A stretch of 64,000 nucleotides of DNA from an uncultured Dictyoglomota bacterium (lineage in GTDB: Bacteria; Dictyoglomota; Dictyoglomia; Dictyoglomales; Dictyoglomaceae). The translations under genes and the position numbers were made by a program. Under the pieces are notes generated by a model, which was not told the origin of the DNA, made no database searches, and was given only the letters and a program-made list of their open reading frames with translations. Location: assembly GCA_964654465.1 (NCBI GenBank), contig CAZZIO010000022.1:32001-96000 (forward strand), in the 5' to 3' direction. This document shows, in pieces, positions 19,795 through 29,906 of this stretch. Position 1 is the stretch's first letter. Every line of letters begins with the position of its first letter.

Positions 19795-21192
19795 ATGGAC
19801 TTATACCTTTATAATACTTTAACAAAGAAAAAAGAAAAGTTTGAACCAATAAATCCACCCTATGTGGGAATGTATACTTGTGGCCCTACAGTTTATAACT
19901 ACGCCCACATAGGAAACTTAAGAACCTATATTTTTGAGGACATTTTAAAAAGAGTATTAATTTATAATGGATATATAGTTACTCATGTAATGAATATAAC
20001 TGATGTGGGACATCTTACTTCTGATGCTGATGAGGGAGAAGATAAGATTGAAAAGGAAGCAAAAAAGGAAAGAAGAAGTGCATGGGAAATTGCAGAGTTT
20101 TACACCGAGGCTTTCAAAAGAGATTTGAAAAAATTAAATATTTTGGAACCAACTATCTGGTGTAAGGCAACAGATCATATACCTGACTTTATAGAACTTA
20201 TAAAAATCCTTGAACAAAAAGGCTACACCTACAGGACATCTGATGGAATATATTTTGATACCTCAAAGGTGCCTGACTATGGTAAATTAGCAGGACAAGA
20301 TTTAGAAGAGCTTCTACCAGGAGCAAGGGTGGAATTTAACCCTGAAAAAAGAAATCCTACTGATTTTGCTCTATGGAAATTCTCTCCTAAGGATGTAAAA
20401 AGGCAGATGGAATGGGATTCTCCATGGGGAGTAGGTTTTCCTGGATGGCATATTGAATGCTCAGTTATGTCTACAAAATATTTAGGACAACCCTTTGATA
20501 TCCACTGTGGTGGTGTGGATCATATTCCTATTCATCATACAAATGAAATAGCCCAGTCTGAAGCTGCATATGAAAAGCCGATGGCTAAATATTGGTTGCA
20601 CGGAGAATTCCTCATTATGGGAGAAAAGAAAATGGCAAAATCCGAAGGAAATTTTCTTACATTATCAGATCTGGAAGAAAAGAGTTATCATTCATTAGCA
20701 TATAGATATTTTTGTCTTACCGCTCATTATAGAAGTCCATTAAGATTTACATGGTCAGCTATTGAAGGAGCACAAAGAGCTTTAAATAGACTTTATGAAA
20801 ATATGAAAAGATATCCCAAGATAGAAGCTGATTTTGATAAAGAGTATGAAGAAAGATTTCATCAAGCCATAAATGATGATTTAGATATGCCAAAAGCACT
20901 TGCCATTTTATGGGAACTTGTGAAAGATGATAAAATAGCACCCGAGGTTAAGAGAGCTACAATTATTCAATTTGATAAAGTATTCGGATTATCCTTAGAT
21001 AACCCTCCAGAAGTTAAAATTGAAGTACCTGAAGAAATTTGGCAACTTTTAGAAGAAAGAGAAAAAGCGAGAAAGGAAAAAAATTGGGAAAAAGCTGACA
21101 AAATTAGGGAAGAAATAAAACAAAGAGGCTATATAATAGAGGATACACCCCAAGGACCAAGAATCAAAAAAGCTACAATCCTTAATAAATAA
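19795..21192 (+). CDS. cysS: Cysteine--tRNA ligase
   Basis: [26 protein letters not shown] and KMAKS motifs. Confidence 0.97.
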   Translation: MDLYLYNTLTKKKEKFEPINPPYVGMYTCGPTVYNYAHIGNLRTYIFEDILKRVLIYNGYIVTHVMNITDVGHLTSDADEGEDKIEKEAKKERRSAWEIAEFYTEAFKRDLKKLNILEPTIWCKATDHIPDFIELIKILEQKGYTYRTSDGIYFDTSKVPDYGKLAGQDLEELLPGARVEFNPEKRNPTDFALWKFSPKDVKRQMEWDSPWGVGFPGWHIECSVMSTKYLGQPFDIHCGGVDHIPIHHTNEIAQSEAAYEKPMAKYWLHGEFLIMGEKKMAKSEGNFLTLSDLEEKSYHSLAYRYFCLTAHYRSPLRFTWSAIEGAQRALNRLYENMKRYPKIEADFDKEYEERFHQAINDDLDMPKALAILWELVKDDKIAPEVKRATIIQFDKVFGLSLDNPPEVKIEVPEEIWQLLEEREKARKEKNWEKADKIREEIKQRGYIIEDTPQGPRIKKATILNK

Positions 21193-21195
21193 TTT

Positions 21196-22614
21196 TTATT
21201 TCTTTTCTTTATCTTTATACATTCTTTCATCAGCAATCTTTATTAATTCATCTAAGGACTTGCTATCTTCAGGGTAAGAGGCTATACCAAAGCTAAACCC
21301 TAAACTAATGCCATCAATATTTGAAAATCTTTCTTTAAAATCACAAAGGGTTCTCTTCATTATTTTCTCTGCCATTTCTCTTGTTGTATTTATAAGAATA
21401 ATACAAAACTCATCTCCTCCAAACCTTATAATTACATCCCCAGATCTAAAATTCTTTTTAAAAAATTCTACTACTTCTTTTAGTATTTGATCCCCTACAT
21501 CATGACCAAATTTATCATTAACATCCTTAAAATTGTCTATATCAACAAAGACAAGAGAAAAATAAATATTTTTATTCACTAATTCTTTGAAAATAACATC
21601 TAAATATCTTCTGTTGTAGGTTTGAGTTAAAACATCCAAATAAGCTATCTCTTTCATAATATTTCTTTCTATTAATAACTTTTCTTCTCTTATCTTGATC
21701 TTATCTATCATATTTTTAAAAGCTCTCATAAAATCGCCAATTTCGTCTTTTCTATGAATATCAAAATCCACATCATAATTTCCTCTTTCTATTTCCCTTG
21801 CTATTAGTACTAACTTCTCAAAAGGTCTCATTATATAGGAAATTAGAAATTGGGAAATCAAAAGAGATGATATTAATATAAAAAGAGTAAATGATATAAG
21901 CATTATTAAAGATGATCTATATATTAAATATATAATCTTGCTCTCTTTTTCTATATGAACCAATATGTTTTCACTTAAAGGAATCTCAATATGATAGGAT
22001 GGATACTCATAATAATTTCTTAACTTTTCTTCTCTAACATCTCCTATATTTAAAATCGTTATTTTAGCATCTAAAAAATTCTCCCATTCTCTAATTATCT
22101 CTTCATCTATAGGTTTTGCAAACAACAAATAGGCATCATAAAAATATCTTTTATCATCGCTCATTACTGGACCTACAGCACATAGAAATACCTTTTCTCT
22201 ATAAGAATAGAAGAAAACTTCTACCTCTTTTATTTTCTCTTTTAGAAAATCTTTTGGGATATTACGGAATGAAGAAGTGATAATTTCTCCATCTTTTGTA
22301 AAAAGAATCACATCATATTTAAGGGTTTTCTTAACCCATGGATTAATATTTGCCTCTAAAAACTCCTTGTCTCTTCTCTTAACTCCTTTTTCTCCCAAAT
22401 CCATCCAATAAATATAATCTGATAGATTAACAATTAAAATACTCTTTTCTTTTTCCAATAATTTACTAAATAAGCTTTGAGTATTTCTAACTTCTTTGTT
22501 TATATTTTCTCTGAAAACGTTTTTTACAAGGAGTATACCCCCGAGAATAAAAACAAAGGAAATAAAAATATTAGTAATCACTAAAATCAAAGTTATTTTG
22601 GTTCTTAGACTTAT
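21196..22614 (-). CDS. Membrane diguanylate cyclase (periplasmic sensor-HAMP-GGDEF); start ATA 22614 or TTG 22590
   Basis: HAMP (DEIG), DIDNFKDVNDKFGHDVGD, RxxD I-site and GGDEF. Confidence 0.88.
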   Translation of the reverse strand: MSLRTKITLILVITNIFISFVFILGGILLVKNVFRENINKEVRNTQSLFSKLLEKEKSILIVNLSDYIYWMDLGEKGVKRRDKEFLEANINPWVKKTLKYDVILFTKDGEIITSSFRNIPKDFLKEKIKEVEVFFYSYREKVFLCAVGPVMSDDKRYFYDAYLLFAKPIDEEIIREWENFLDAKITILNIGDVREEKLRNYYEYPSYHIEIPLSENILVHIEKESKIIYLIYRSSLIMLISFTLFILISSLLISQFLISYIMRPFEKLVLIAREIERGNYDVDFDIHRKDEIGDFMRAFKNMIDKIKIREEKLLIERNIMKEIAYLDVLTQTYNRRYLDVIFKELVNKNIYFSLVFVDIDNFKDVNDKFGHDVGDQILKEVVEFFKKNFRSGDVIIRFGGDEFCIILINTTREMAEKIMKRTLCDFKERFSNIDGISLGFSFGIASYPEDSKSLDELIKIADERMYKDKEKK

Positions 22615-22681
22615 CTTTTCTTGACCTCCTTTTCCATATTGAATAGATTATATCATAAGTTTTTGCTAAAATATTCATGAA

Positions 22682-22770
22682 GGAGAGGTGGCCGAGTGGA
22701 CGAAGGCGCTCGCCTCGAAAGCGAGTAGGCTGACAAAGCCTCGTGGGTTCGAATCCCACCCTCTCCGCCA
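22682..22770 (+). tRNA. tRNA-Ser(CGA)
   Basis: Acceptor stem GGAGAGG/CCTCTCC, anticodon arm CTCGC-CT-CGA-AA-GCGAG, long variable arm, GTTCGAATC, encoded CCA. Confidence 0.96.
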
Positions 22771-22788
22771 TATTTTTTAATTACCATT

Positions 22789-22799
22789 AAAACGATTGC
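22789..22799. promoter_or_regulatory. LacI-type operator overlapping the -35 of the isomerase promoter
   Basis: AAAACGATTGC, the reverse complement of the site at 53980; promoter TTGCCT-17-TAAAAT. Confidence 0.65.
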
Positions 22800-22857
22800 C
22801 TAAATAGATCTCTTATTGTAAAATATTTTAAAAACTAATAATAAGGAGGTATAAATT

Positions 22858-23964
22858 ATGCCCTTTGTAGATCATCGTTCTCAAAAGATTAGGAGGAATA
22901 AAGAGGAACTTCTTAAACATCTTCAAACCTTCAAATTAGATCTTAAATTTTCAGTGGGTATCTGGTACTTCACTCCTGGAGGTGGCAGATTCCATGAACC
23001 TTACGTAGAACAAAAAAGTATTCCAGAAAGAATAGAAATGGCTGCTGAAATGGCTAAATATGGAGTGAAGGGAATAGAAGCTCACTATCCTGCAGAAGTC
23101 AATGAAGAGAATCTTCATCTTTATAAAAAACTCGAAAAAGAAGCTGGAATAAGACTTGTTGCTGTTCCTTTAAGCCTTTTTTACGATAAAATATTTGAAT
23201 TTGGCTCTCTTTCTAATCCTTATGAAAAATATCGTAAGGTAGCCTATGAAAGATTAGTAAACGGTTTAAAATTGGTAAAAGAAGCTAACGCAGATATTTG
23301 TATAATATGGCCTGGAATTGATGGATATACTTATTCTTATGGACACCTTTACTATCATATGTGGGATACCTTTGAAGAATTAGTAGCCCAAGCTATGGAC
23401 GAAGTACCAGGAGTACAAGTTGCTATTGAACCAAAACCTTATGAACCAGCACCAAACAATATATACAGAACTACTGCTGATGGAATATTAGCTGCGAGAG
23501 ATATAGAGTCAAGACTCAAAAACCCCGAAAATCTCAAACTAATAAATGAAGGACATGCATTAGTAGGCTTAAATCCAGAGGTGGGTCATGTCAGAATGGG
23601 ATTTGAGGATCTTCCTTATGCTTATGCCAGAGTTGCAAGAGAAGGTAGACTATTCCACACTCACTGGAACAGCCAACCTCTCGGAAACTATGACCAAGAC
23701 CTAAATGTGGGAGTAGTTGACTGGGATTCTACAGAAGCATTACTTTATACACTAAAGATGATAGGTTATCAAGGATATTTTGGAATTGATATAAATCCTG
23801 AAAGAATGTCTGTACAAAAAGCAATAGAAATCAATACAAAAGTCCTCAACATTATGAATGAGAGAATTGAAAGACTACCTCACGAAAGAATCATTGAGTG
23901 CTATTTTGATCCAGAAAATCACAGAGGAGAATTAGAGTTAATCTTAGCAGAAAACCACAAATAA
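22858..23964 (+). CDS. xylA: Xylose isomerase-like TIM-barrel sugar isomerase
   Basis: WPGIDG, EPKPYEP, LNPEVGH and YDQDL motifs typical of xylose isomerases; shares an operator with the xylan genes. Confidence 0.72.
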   Translation: MPFVDHRSQKIRRNKEELLKHLQTFKLDLKFSVGIWYFTPGGGRFHEPYVEQKSIPERIEMAAEMAKYGVKGIEAHYPAEVNEENLHLYKKLEKEAGIRLVAVPLSLFYDKIFEFGSLSNPYEKYRKVAYERLVNGLKLVKEANADICIIWPGIDGYTYSYGHLYYHMWDTFEELVAQAMDEVPGVQVAIEPKPYEPAPNNIYRTTADGILAARDIESRLKNPENLKLINEGHALVGLNPEVGHVRMGFEDLPYAYARVAREGRLFHTHWNSQPLGNYDQDLNVGVVDWDSTEALLYTLKMIGYQGYFGIDINPERMSVQKAIEINTKVLNIMNERIERLPHERIIECYFDPENHRGELELILAENHK

Positions 23965-23977
23965 GAAGATCTTCATT

Positions 23978-24010
23978 AAGAGGGGGAGAAATATATCTCC
24001 CTCTCTTTTT
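23978..24010 (+). terminator. Intrinsic terminator
   Basis: AAGAGGGGGAGA...TCTCCCTCTCTTTTT. Confidence 0.75.
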
Positions 24011-24107
24011 TAACCTTTTTTAACTTATGGTCAAAAAATTATAAAATAACTCATAATTTAAAATTTTTTGGTAAAAAAATCCTCATATCTCAGTTTTTTC
24101 CCCTTTG

Positions 24108-24154
24108 AACTATATATTGAGTTGTGATATAAATATAACCACAATATTTAGTGG
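24108..24154 (+). promoter_or_regulatory. Tandem NrdR boxes
   Basis: AACTATATATTGAGTT (24108) and CCACAATATTTAGTGG (24139), 31 bp apart, resembling acaCwAtATaTwGtgt. Confidence 0.8.
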
Positions 24155-24164
24155 GGGTATAGAA

Positions 24165-24617
24165 ATGAGATGTCCATTTTGTAATTATGAAAATACTTCT
24201 GTTATTGATACCAGAGAAATAGAAGATCAAAGAGTAATAAGAAGAAGAAGAGTATGTCCAAGATGTAAGGGAAGATTCACCACCTACGAAAGAATAGAAG
24301 AAAAACCTATTATGGTAATCAAAAAAGATGGTAGAAGAGAACCTTTCGATAGAAATAAGCTTTTAGCAGGTTTACAAAGAGCAGTAGTTAAAAGAAATAT
24401 TGATAGCGAAAAATTAGAAGCTATTATTGATGAAATTATAGGGGATATAAAGAAACAAGGAGTAAGTGAAATTTCCTCAAAGGAAATAGGAAAAATGGTA
24501 TTAGAAAAATTAAAAGATTTAGATGCAGTTGCATATGTAAGATTTGCTTCTGTATATCAAGAGTTTAGTTCCTTAGAAGAATTTGCAAAACTTCTTTCTC
24601 AGATGAAAAAAGCATAA
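24165..24617 (+). CDS. nrdR: Transcriptional repressor NrdR
   Basis: MRCPFC...IRRRRVC..C...RFTTYE, ATP cone, VAYVRFASVY; start adjusted to MRCPFC. Confidence 0.97.
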   Translation: MRCPFCNYENTSVIDTREIEDQRVIRRRRVCPRCKGRFTTYERIEEKPIMVIKKDGRREPFDRNKLLAGLQRAVVKRNIDSEKLEAIIDEIIGDIKKQGVSEISSKEIGKMVLEKLKDLDAVAYVRFASVYQEFSSLEEFAKLLSQMKKA

Positions 24618-24639
24618 ACTAAGCAAGGAGGTATGAAAA

Positions 24640-26523
24640 ATGATTAGTAATCTGAATGATCTTATAAAAGAATACTTAAACAGAGAAGACTGGAGAGTAA
24701 ACGAAAATTCAAATATGGGATATTCTCTCCAAGGCTTAAACTATTATCTTTATTCTTCTCTTATAGCAAGATATTGGTTAGAAGAAATCTATCCTCAAGA
24801 GATAGCAAGGGCTCATCAAAATGGAGATTTTCATATACATGACCTTGGATCTCTTTCAGTATATTGTGTGGGTTGGGATTTAGAAGATCTACTTTTAAAA
24901 GGATTTGGAGGGGTAGAAGGAAAAGTTGCCAGTAAACCAGCCAAACATTTCAGAACCGCTTTAGGACAAATTGTAAATTTCATGTTTACACTACAAGGTG
25001 AAGCAGCAGGAGCTATTGCCTTTTCAAATTTCGATACACTGCTGGCTCCATTTATAGCTTACGATAATCTTACTTATAAAGAAGTAAAACAAGCTATGCA
25101 AGAATTTGTTTTCAATCTTAATATTCCTACTCGAACGGGATTTCAAACTCCGTTTACTAATTTAAGTTTTGATTTAGTAGTACCAGATGATTTAAAAGAT
25201 AAAAAAGTAATAATAGGAGGAGAAAGAAAAGAAGCCACATATGGAGAATTTCAAAGAGAAATGGACCTTTTAAATGAAGCTTTTGCAGAAGTAATGATAG
25301 AGGGTGACGCAAATGGAAGAATCTTTACCTTCCCTATACCAACTTATAGCATAACAAAAGATTTTCCATGGGAAAAGTCAAACTTAACTAAAATTTGGGA
25401 AATGACAGCTAAATATGGTACTCCTTACTTCTCAAACTTTGTTAACTCAGAAATGGATCCTTCAGATGTAAGATCTATGTGCTGTAGATTAAGATTAGAC
25501 AATTCTCTGGTAAGACAAAGAGCTTTAAGTTTTTCTTTAAATGTAAATAATAAAAATGTGGATGAGTTGAAACATAGAGGCGGCGGATTATTTGGAGCAA
25601 ATCCTCTTACAGGAAGTATTGGTGTGGTAACAATAAATATGCCCAGACTTGGTTATTTATCTAAGAATGAAGAAGAATTTTTTGAAAGACTATATTATCT
25701 AATGGATCTTGCAAAAGAAAGCCTTGAAATAAAAAGGAATGTAATAGAAGATCTCACACATAAAAATTTATATCCTTATTCCAAATATTATCTTTCTGGA
25801 GTTTATGAGTTAACAGGACAATATTGGGGAAATCATTTTGCCACCATTGGACTTATAGGTATGCATGAGGCATGTGTAAATTTACTTGGAGAAGGTATAG
25901 ATACATCAGCTGGAAGGGAATTTGCCATAAAAGTTCTTAAATTTATGAGAGAGAAACTTTTAGAATATCAAAAAGAAACTAATAATCTTTACAACTTAGA
26001 AGCTACTCCTGGAGAAGGTACATCCTACAGATTAGCAAGAATAGATAAGTCAAAATATCCAGACATTTATACCTCGGGAGATAAAGAACCCTTCTATACC
26101 AATTCTACTCAACTTCCTGTTGATTATTCAGCAGATCCTTTTGAAGTGTTGGAACATCAAGATGAGCTCCAAAGTCTCTATACAGGTGGTACTGTATTGC
26201 ATATATTCTTAGGTGAAGCATTGGAAGATATAGAAATGGTAAAAGAGGCAGTAAAACTTATCACAAATAACTATAGATTGCCATATTTCACATTAACTCC
26301 CACCTTTAGCATATGTCCTGAACATGGTTATCTTAGAGGAAATTACGAAAAATGCCCTACTTGTGGAAAAGAAACAGAAATTTATTCAAGAGTAGTAGGA
26401 TATTACAGACCTGTTAAAAGTTGGAATAAAGGAAAACAAGAAGAGTTTAAATTAAGAAAAACCTTCACGTTGACATTAAAGGAGAGGAGAAAACATGAAA
26501 ATCTCAGGTTACCTGGGATTTAG
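24640..26523 (+). CDS. nrdD: Anaerobic (class III) ribonucleoside-triphosphate reductase
   Basis: HIHDL, SMCCRL, EATPGEG, CxxH..CxxC and the glycyl loop YSRVVGYYRP. Confidence 0.95.
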   Translation: MISNLNDLIKEYLNREDWRVNENSNMGYSLQGLNYYLYSSLIARYWLEEIYPQEIARAHQNGDFHIHDLGSLSVYCVGWDLEDLLLKGFGGVEGKVASKPAKHFRTALGQIVNFMFTLQGEAAGAIAFSNFDTLLAPFIAYDNLTYKEVKQAMQEFVFNLNIPTRTGFQTPFTNLSFDLVVPDDLKDKKVIIGGERKEATYGEFQREMDLLNEAFAEVMIEGDANGRIFTFPIPTYSITKDFPWEKSNLTKIWEMTAKYGTPYFSNFVNSEMDPSDVRSMCCRLRLDNSLVRQRALSFSLNVNNKNVDELKHRGGGLFGANPLTGSIGVVTINMPRLGYLSKNEEEFFERLYYLMDLAKESLEIKRNVIEDLTHKNLYPYSKYYLSGVYELTGQYWGNHFATIGLIGMHEACVNLLGEGIDTSAGREFAIKVLKFMREKLLEYQKETNNLYNLEATPGEGTSYRLARIDKSKYPDIYTSGDKEPFYTNSTQLPVDYSADPFEVLEHQDELQSLYTGGTVLHIFLGEALEDIEMVKEAVKLITNNYRLPYFTLTPTFSICPEHGYLRGNYEKCPTCGKETEIYSRVVGYYRPVKSWNKGKQEEFKLRKTFTLTLKERRKHENLRLPGI

Positions 26524-27178
26524 TCTCGTAGATTATCCTGGTAAACCAAGCTTTGTTATATTTACTCAGGGTTGTAACTTTCGTTGCCCCTTCTGTCACA
26601 ATCCTGAGCTTATATCTACAAGGAAAAAAGGTATTTATTCTGAAGATTTTATAATAGAGGAAATTGATAGGAGAAAAAAAATAATAAAGGGGATTGTAAT
26701 AACAGGAGGGGAGCCTACACTAAATGAGGATCTTCCCTCCTTTTTATTTAAATTAAAAAGAAAAAGATATTCCATAAAATTAGATACAAATGGATCAAAT
26801 CCTAAAATGCTTATAGAACTAATCAAAGGCAAATTAGTTGATTATGTGGCTATGGACTTTAAAACATCACCCTCAAAATATGCTATGGCAATAGGACTTT
26901 CAGAAGAATTAGTTCAAAAATATTTAAATAAGATAAAAGAATCTTTAAGAATATTAAAAGAAAGTAACATTAACTTCGAGATTAGAACCACTGTAGTACC
27001 AAACATTGTAGAAAAAGAAGATATTATAGAGATAAAAAATATTATTGAAGATGTGCCTTACTATTTACAAACCTTCAAACCTGAAAAAACTTTAGATCAT
27101 AATTACAGAAAACTATCTCCTTACTCCAAAGAATATTTAAAGGAGCTCAGTATATTGTCAAAAGGAAATTTAAGATAA
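26495..27178 (+). CDS. nrdG: Anaerobic RNR activating protein (radical SAM)
   Basis: DYPG, GCNFRCPFCHN, TGGEP and KLDTNG motifs; follows nrdD. Confidence 0.93.
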   Translation: MKISGYLGFSLVDYPGKPSFVIFTQGCNFRCPFCHNPELISTRKKGIYSEDFIIEEIDRRKKIIKGIVITGGEPTLNEDLPSFLFKLKRKRYSIKLDTNGSNPKMLIELIKGKLVDYVAMDFKTSPSKYAMAIGLSEELVQKYLNKIKESLRILKESNINFEIRTTVVPNIVEKEDIIEIKNIIEDVPYYLQTFKPEKTLDHNYRKLSPYSKEYLKELSILSKGNLR

Positions 27179-28351
27179 ATTTTTTAATCTACTATTTTTA
27201 ATCTCTTTTAGAATTAAAAGCCCAAGAATAGAAGAAATTAATCCCTGCAAGAAATTAATCCTATATCCACCCAGATCAATAGTCATTCCAGAAGTAAAAT
27301 ATGCCAAAACCTGTGCCATAGAAATCATAAGAGTATTAACACCCACAAAACTTCCTGCTTTTCCCTTAGGTATATATTCAAGAACAAGACTATAAGGAAT
27401 AACCATTAAAGACCCTAAACTAATGCCATAAATTATAGATGCAATAAAAGCATGAAAAATCCTGTAGGTTTGAGAAAATATAAAACTGCTCAATCCAAAA
27501 AGAAATAAAGAAAAAACAGAAAGTTTTTCTTTAGAATACTTATCAGCAAGGAAACCAGATACAAACGTAGAAATGGCAGTTAAAATTCCAAAAATAGCAA
27601 GTACTACCATATAATCATTAATAGAAGCTGAAAGAGCATCTTGAAAGAATAAAAGAATAAATGAACTAACCGACGAAACACCATACCAAATTGAAAATTG
27701 AAGAAAAAATAATAAAAACCATAATCTTCCTTTAAAGAATTCTAAATCTAATTTTAGATTTTCTTTTTTACTATCACCTGGTTTTTCAGGTAAAAATAAT
27801 AGAAAAAATGCAGAAACTAACGTCCCATATTTAAGGAGTTTAAATACTAAATTAGATGCATGGGCAATTACCACGATGAATATATATAAACCTTGAAAAA
27901 ATTGAGATGTAAAATTTATTATACCTGTTGCACGAGCATATGTATCTTTAGCTATCAGATCAGGAATTAGAGCTTGATAAATGGAAAAACCAGAATAAAA
28001 AAACATAAAAGAGAAAGTTATATAAAGATACAAACTGGATATGTCTTTTACTTTTTCAAGGCCACAAACAGAAAAAAGAAATAAAATTAGAAAAAATATT
28101 ATTAAAATTTTTCTTCCTTTAAGAAAATTCCTAAGTTTATCTGATAAATATCCAATTAATGGGGGTACAACTATCCCTATAAAGCTTCCAAGAGAAAGCA
28201 AAATACCAATCTCTGTCTTTGATGAAACAAATTTATTTACAAAAAATACTAATGAAAAACTCCTAAAAGCTTGGAAAAAAGAAAAACTAATACCTCCCAA
28301 GCTAATAAGAGCAATAATCCTTATAAATAAACCTACATTTATTATTTTCAC
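27170..28351 (-). CDS. MFS transporter
   Basis: About 12 TM helices; GYLSDK and GFLADKY motif A. Confidence 0.85.
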   Translation of the reverse strand: MKIINVGLFIRIIALISLGGISFSFFQAFRSFSLVFFVNKFVSSKTEIGILLSLGSFIGIVVPPLIGYLSDKLRNFLKGRKILIIFFLILFLFSVCGLEKVKDISSLYLYITFSFMFFYSGFSIYQALIPDLIAKDTYARATGIINFTSQFFQGLYIFIVVIAHASNLVFKLLKYGTLVSAFFLLFLPEKPGDSKKENLKLDLEFFKGRLWFLLFFLQFSIWYGVSSVSSFILLFFQDALSASINDYMVVLAIFGILTAISTFVSGFLADKYSKEKLSVFSLFLFGLSSFIFSQTYRIFHAFIASIIYGISLGSLMVIPYSLVLEYIPKGKAGSFVGVNTLMISMAQVLAYFTSGMTIDLGGYRINFLQGLISSILGLLILKEIKNSRLKNLS

Positions 28352-28389
28352 AATAATGTAATTTTACCATTTCTTGCTGTTAAAAAAAA

Positions 28390-29799
28390 TTATTTTATAT
28401 ATGTCTCATTTAATAAATTAGCAACAGCAAGTTTTACCTGTTGAGAAGAAAATCTCTCAACGTTCTTAAGCACGTTATTAATTACCTCCTCTATTTCTTC
28501 CCTAGAAAGTACTTTAATTGCAAAATCATACACTACCTTAAGAGCTTCTCTTAAAAACGCTCTTAATTCATCTTCTTGCGATTTGGCTACATTTTTATAA
28601 AAATAGGGGAAATTAGGCTTAGCTTCAAAAGTTAGATGAGAGAAAAGATGCTTTACATCTGAAAGACTTTCATATATGAACTTATCCCAATCTTTTTTAA
28701 ATTCCTCAGCCTTTCCCTTCTTTTCTAAATTTATAAGTATATCTTGCCAGAAATTAAAGAAATAATTCAAAAAATCAAGTTTTAAATTATCTCCTAAAGG
28801 TAGAACTAATTTTTTATCAATTACTGATTTTACAAGTTGTAATTTTCTTAGTTCACCAAAAGGTAAAATATCAAGCATTTCTCTTAAAACTCTCTTACCA
28901 TCAAAAGACCAAAGAACAATATTTTCTTCAATAATTTCACTATGTTTTATAGGTACATACACCTTCTCCATATAAGGTTCTAATTCTTGGCTAAGAAACA
29001 AGATTTTTCCCGTATCAATAACATTGTTAATCTCAAGCTTTCTATAACTTTCTATAAAATGGAAAACATCCTTTATTACTGAAAAAAATTCAGAATTTGG
29101 AATATCCCTAATTAAAGGAAATATATTAAACCATTCTACTTTTCTATCACGAGTTAGAATTTCAAAAGTAAGTTTATAGGCAGATGGCATTCTATTTAAT
29201 GTATCTGTCCATTTTTTACGAAAATCTCTTTCATTTTCCTTTTCAAGAGTATAAATAAAATATCTCCAGAAAGTATAAACCCAAAACAGATTTAAGTTTT
29301 CGTCTATTCTTAAAAGATTTCTATTTTTTCTAAGCTTTTCAATAATTCTTAAAGTCCTTGCTTCACCATAAGGAGAGTTCAAAATAATTTCCTTTGCAGG
29401 TCTAAGTCCATCAAATAACATTCCTACATACTTTTCTTCTTCATTGAGGTTAGTAATATTAATAAGTAGAAAGATAAGATCACCTAAATATTCAATAAGA
29501 TCAATATCCTTGGACACATCTACAAGTATATGGAGAGGATCTAAACTTAAGTTTGCTTTAGGAGCTTTTTCATCTTGAAAGAAAGTAAAATTTCCTTCTT
29601 TCCATAAAGCAAGTCCTAATATAGCATCATTATCTTCACAGTTATCTGCTTTAATATGCTTAATTCTACCTTCTTCAAAATAGACATCAGTCTTTTTAGT
29701 ACCATGCGTTAACTGTAGTCTTCCTGTTTTTCTACTAAAGGATAAAATCTCAAGAACTTCCCATAATGAAACGCTTTTCAAATCTCCATTTAAACTCAT
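28390..29799 (-). CDS. DUF4388/PATAN-domain protein with an internal duplication
   Basis: N-terminal LNGDLKSVSLWEVLEIL..RKTGRL..YFEEGRI..WKEGNFTF. Confidence 0.75.
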   Translation of the reverse strand: MSLNGDLKSVSLWEVLEILSFSRKTGRLQLTHGTKKTDVYFEEGRIKHIKADNCEDNDAILGLALWKEGNFTFFQDEKAPKANLSLDPLHILVDVSKDIDLIEYLGDLIFLLINITNLNEEEKYVGMLFDGLRPAKEIILNSPYGEARTLRIIEKLRKNRNLLRIDENLNLFWVYTFWRYFIYTLEKENERDFRKKWTDTLNRMPSAYKLTFEILTRDRKVEWFNIFPLIRDIPNSEFFSVIKDVFHFIESYRKLEINNVIDTGKILFLSQELEPYMEKVYVPIKHSEIIEENIVLWSFDGKRVLREMLDILPFGELRKLQLVKSVIDKKLVLPLGDNLKLDFLNYFFNFWQDILINLEKKGKAEEFKKDWDKFIYESLSDVKHLFSHLTFEAKPNFPYFYKNVAKSQEDELRAFLREALKVVYDFAIKVLSREEIEEVINNVLKNVERFSSQQVKLAVANLLNETYIK

Positions 29800-29828
29800 A
29801 TTCCTCTCCTCTTCCCTTATTTTTTTAA

Positions 29829-29855
29829 AGGGGAAAGCATTCTCAGCTTTCCCCT
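29829..29855 (-). terminator. Stem-loop downstream of the CBM lipoprotein genes
   Basis: AGGGGAAAGC/GCTTTCCCCT. Confidence 0.6.
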
Positions 29856-29906
29856 ATATATTATAACATAGTTTTAAGATAAATTTAAAATTTCCCTTTT
29901 TATAAA

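Noticed and set aside
22571-22771. 66-aa minus-strand ORF (MAERVGFEP...)
   Set aside because: Antisense shadow of tRNA-Ser
22682-22860. tRNA as a possible integration site
   Set aside because: No integrase, no duplicated tRNA 3' end noticed, and no compositional shift
24640-26523. Intein or intron in nrdD
   Set aside because: The ORF is continuous and compact, with no splice-junction or endonuclease motifs
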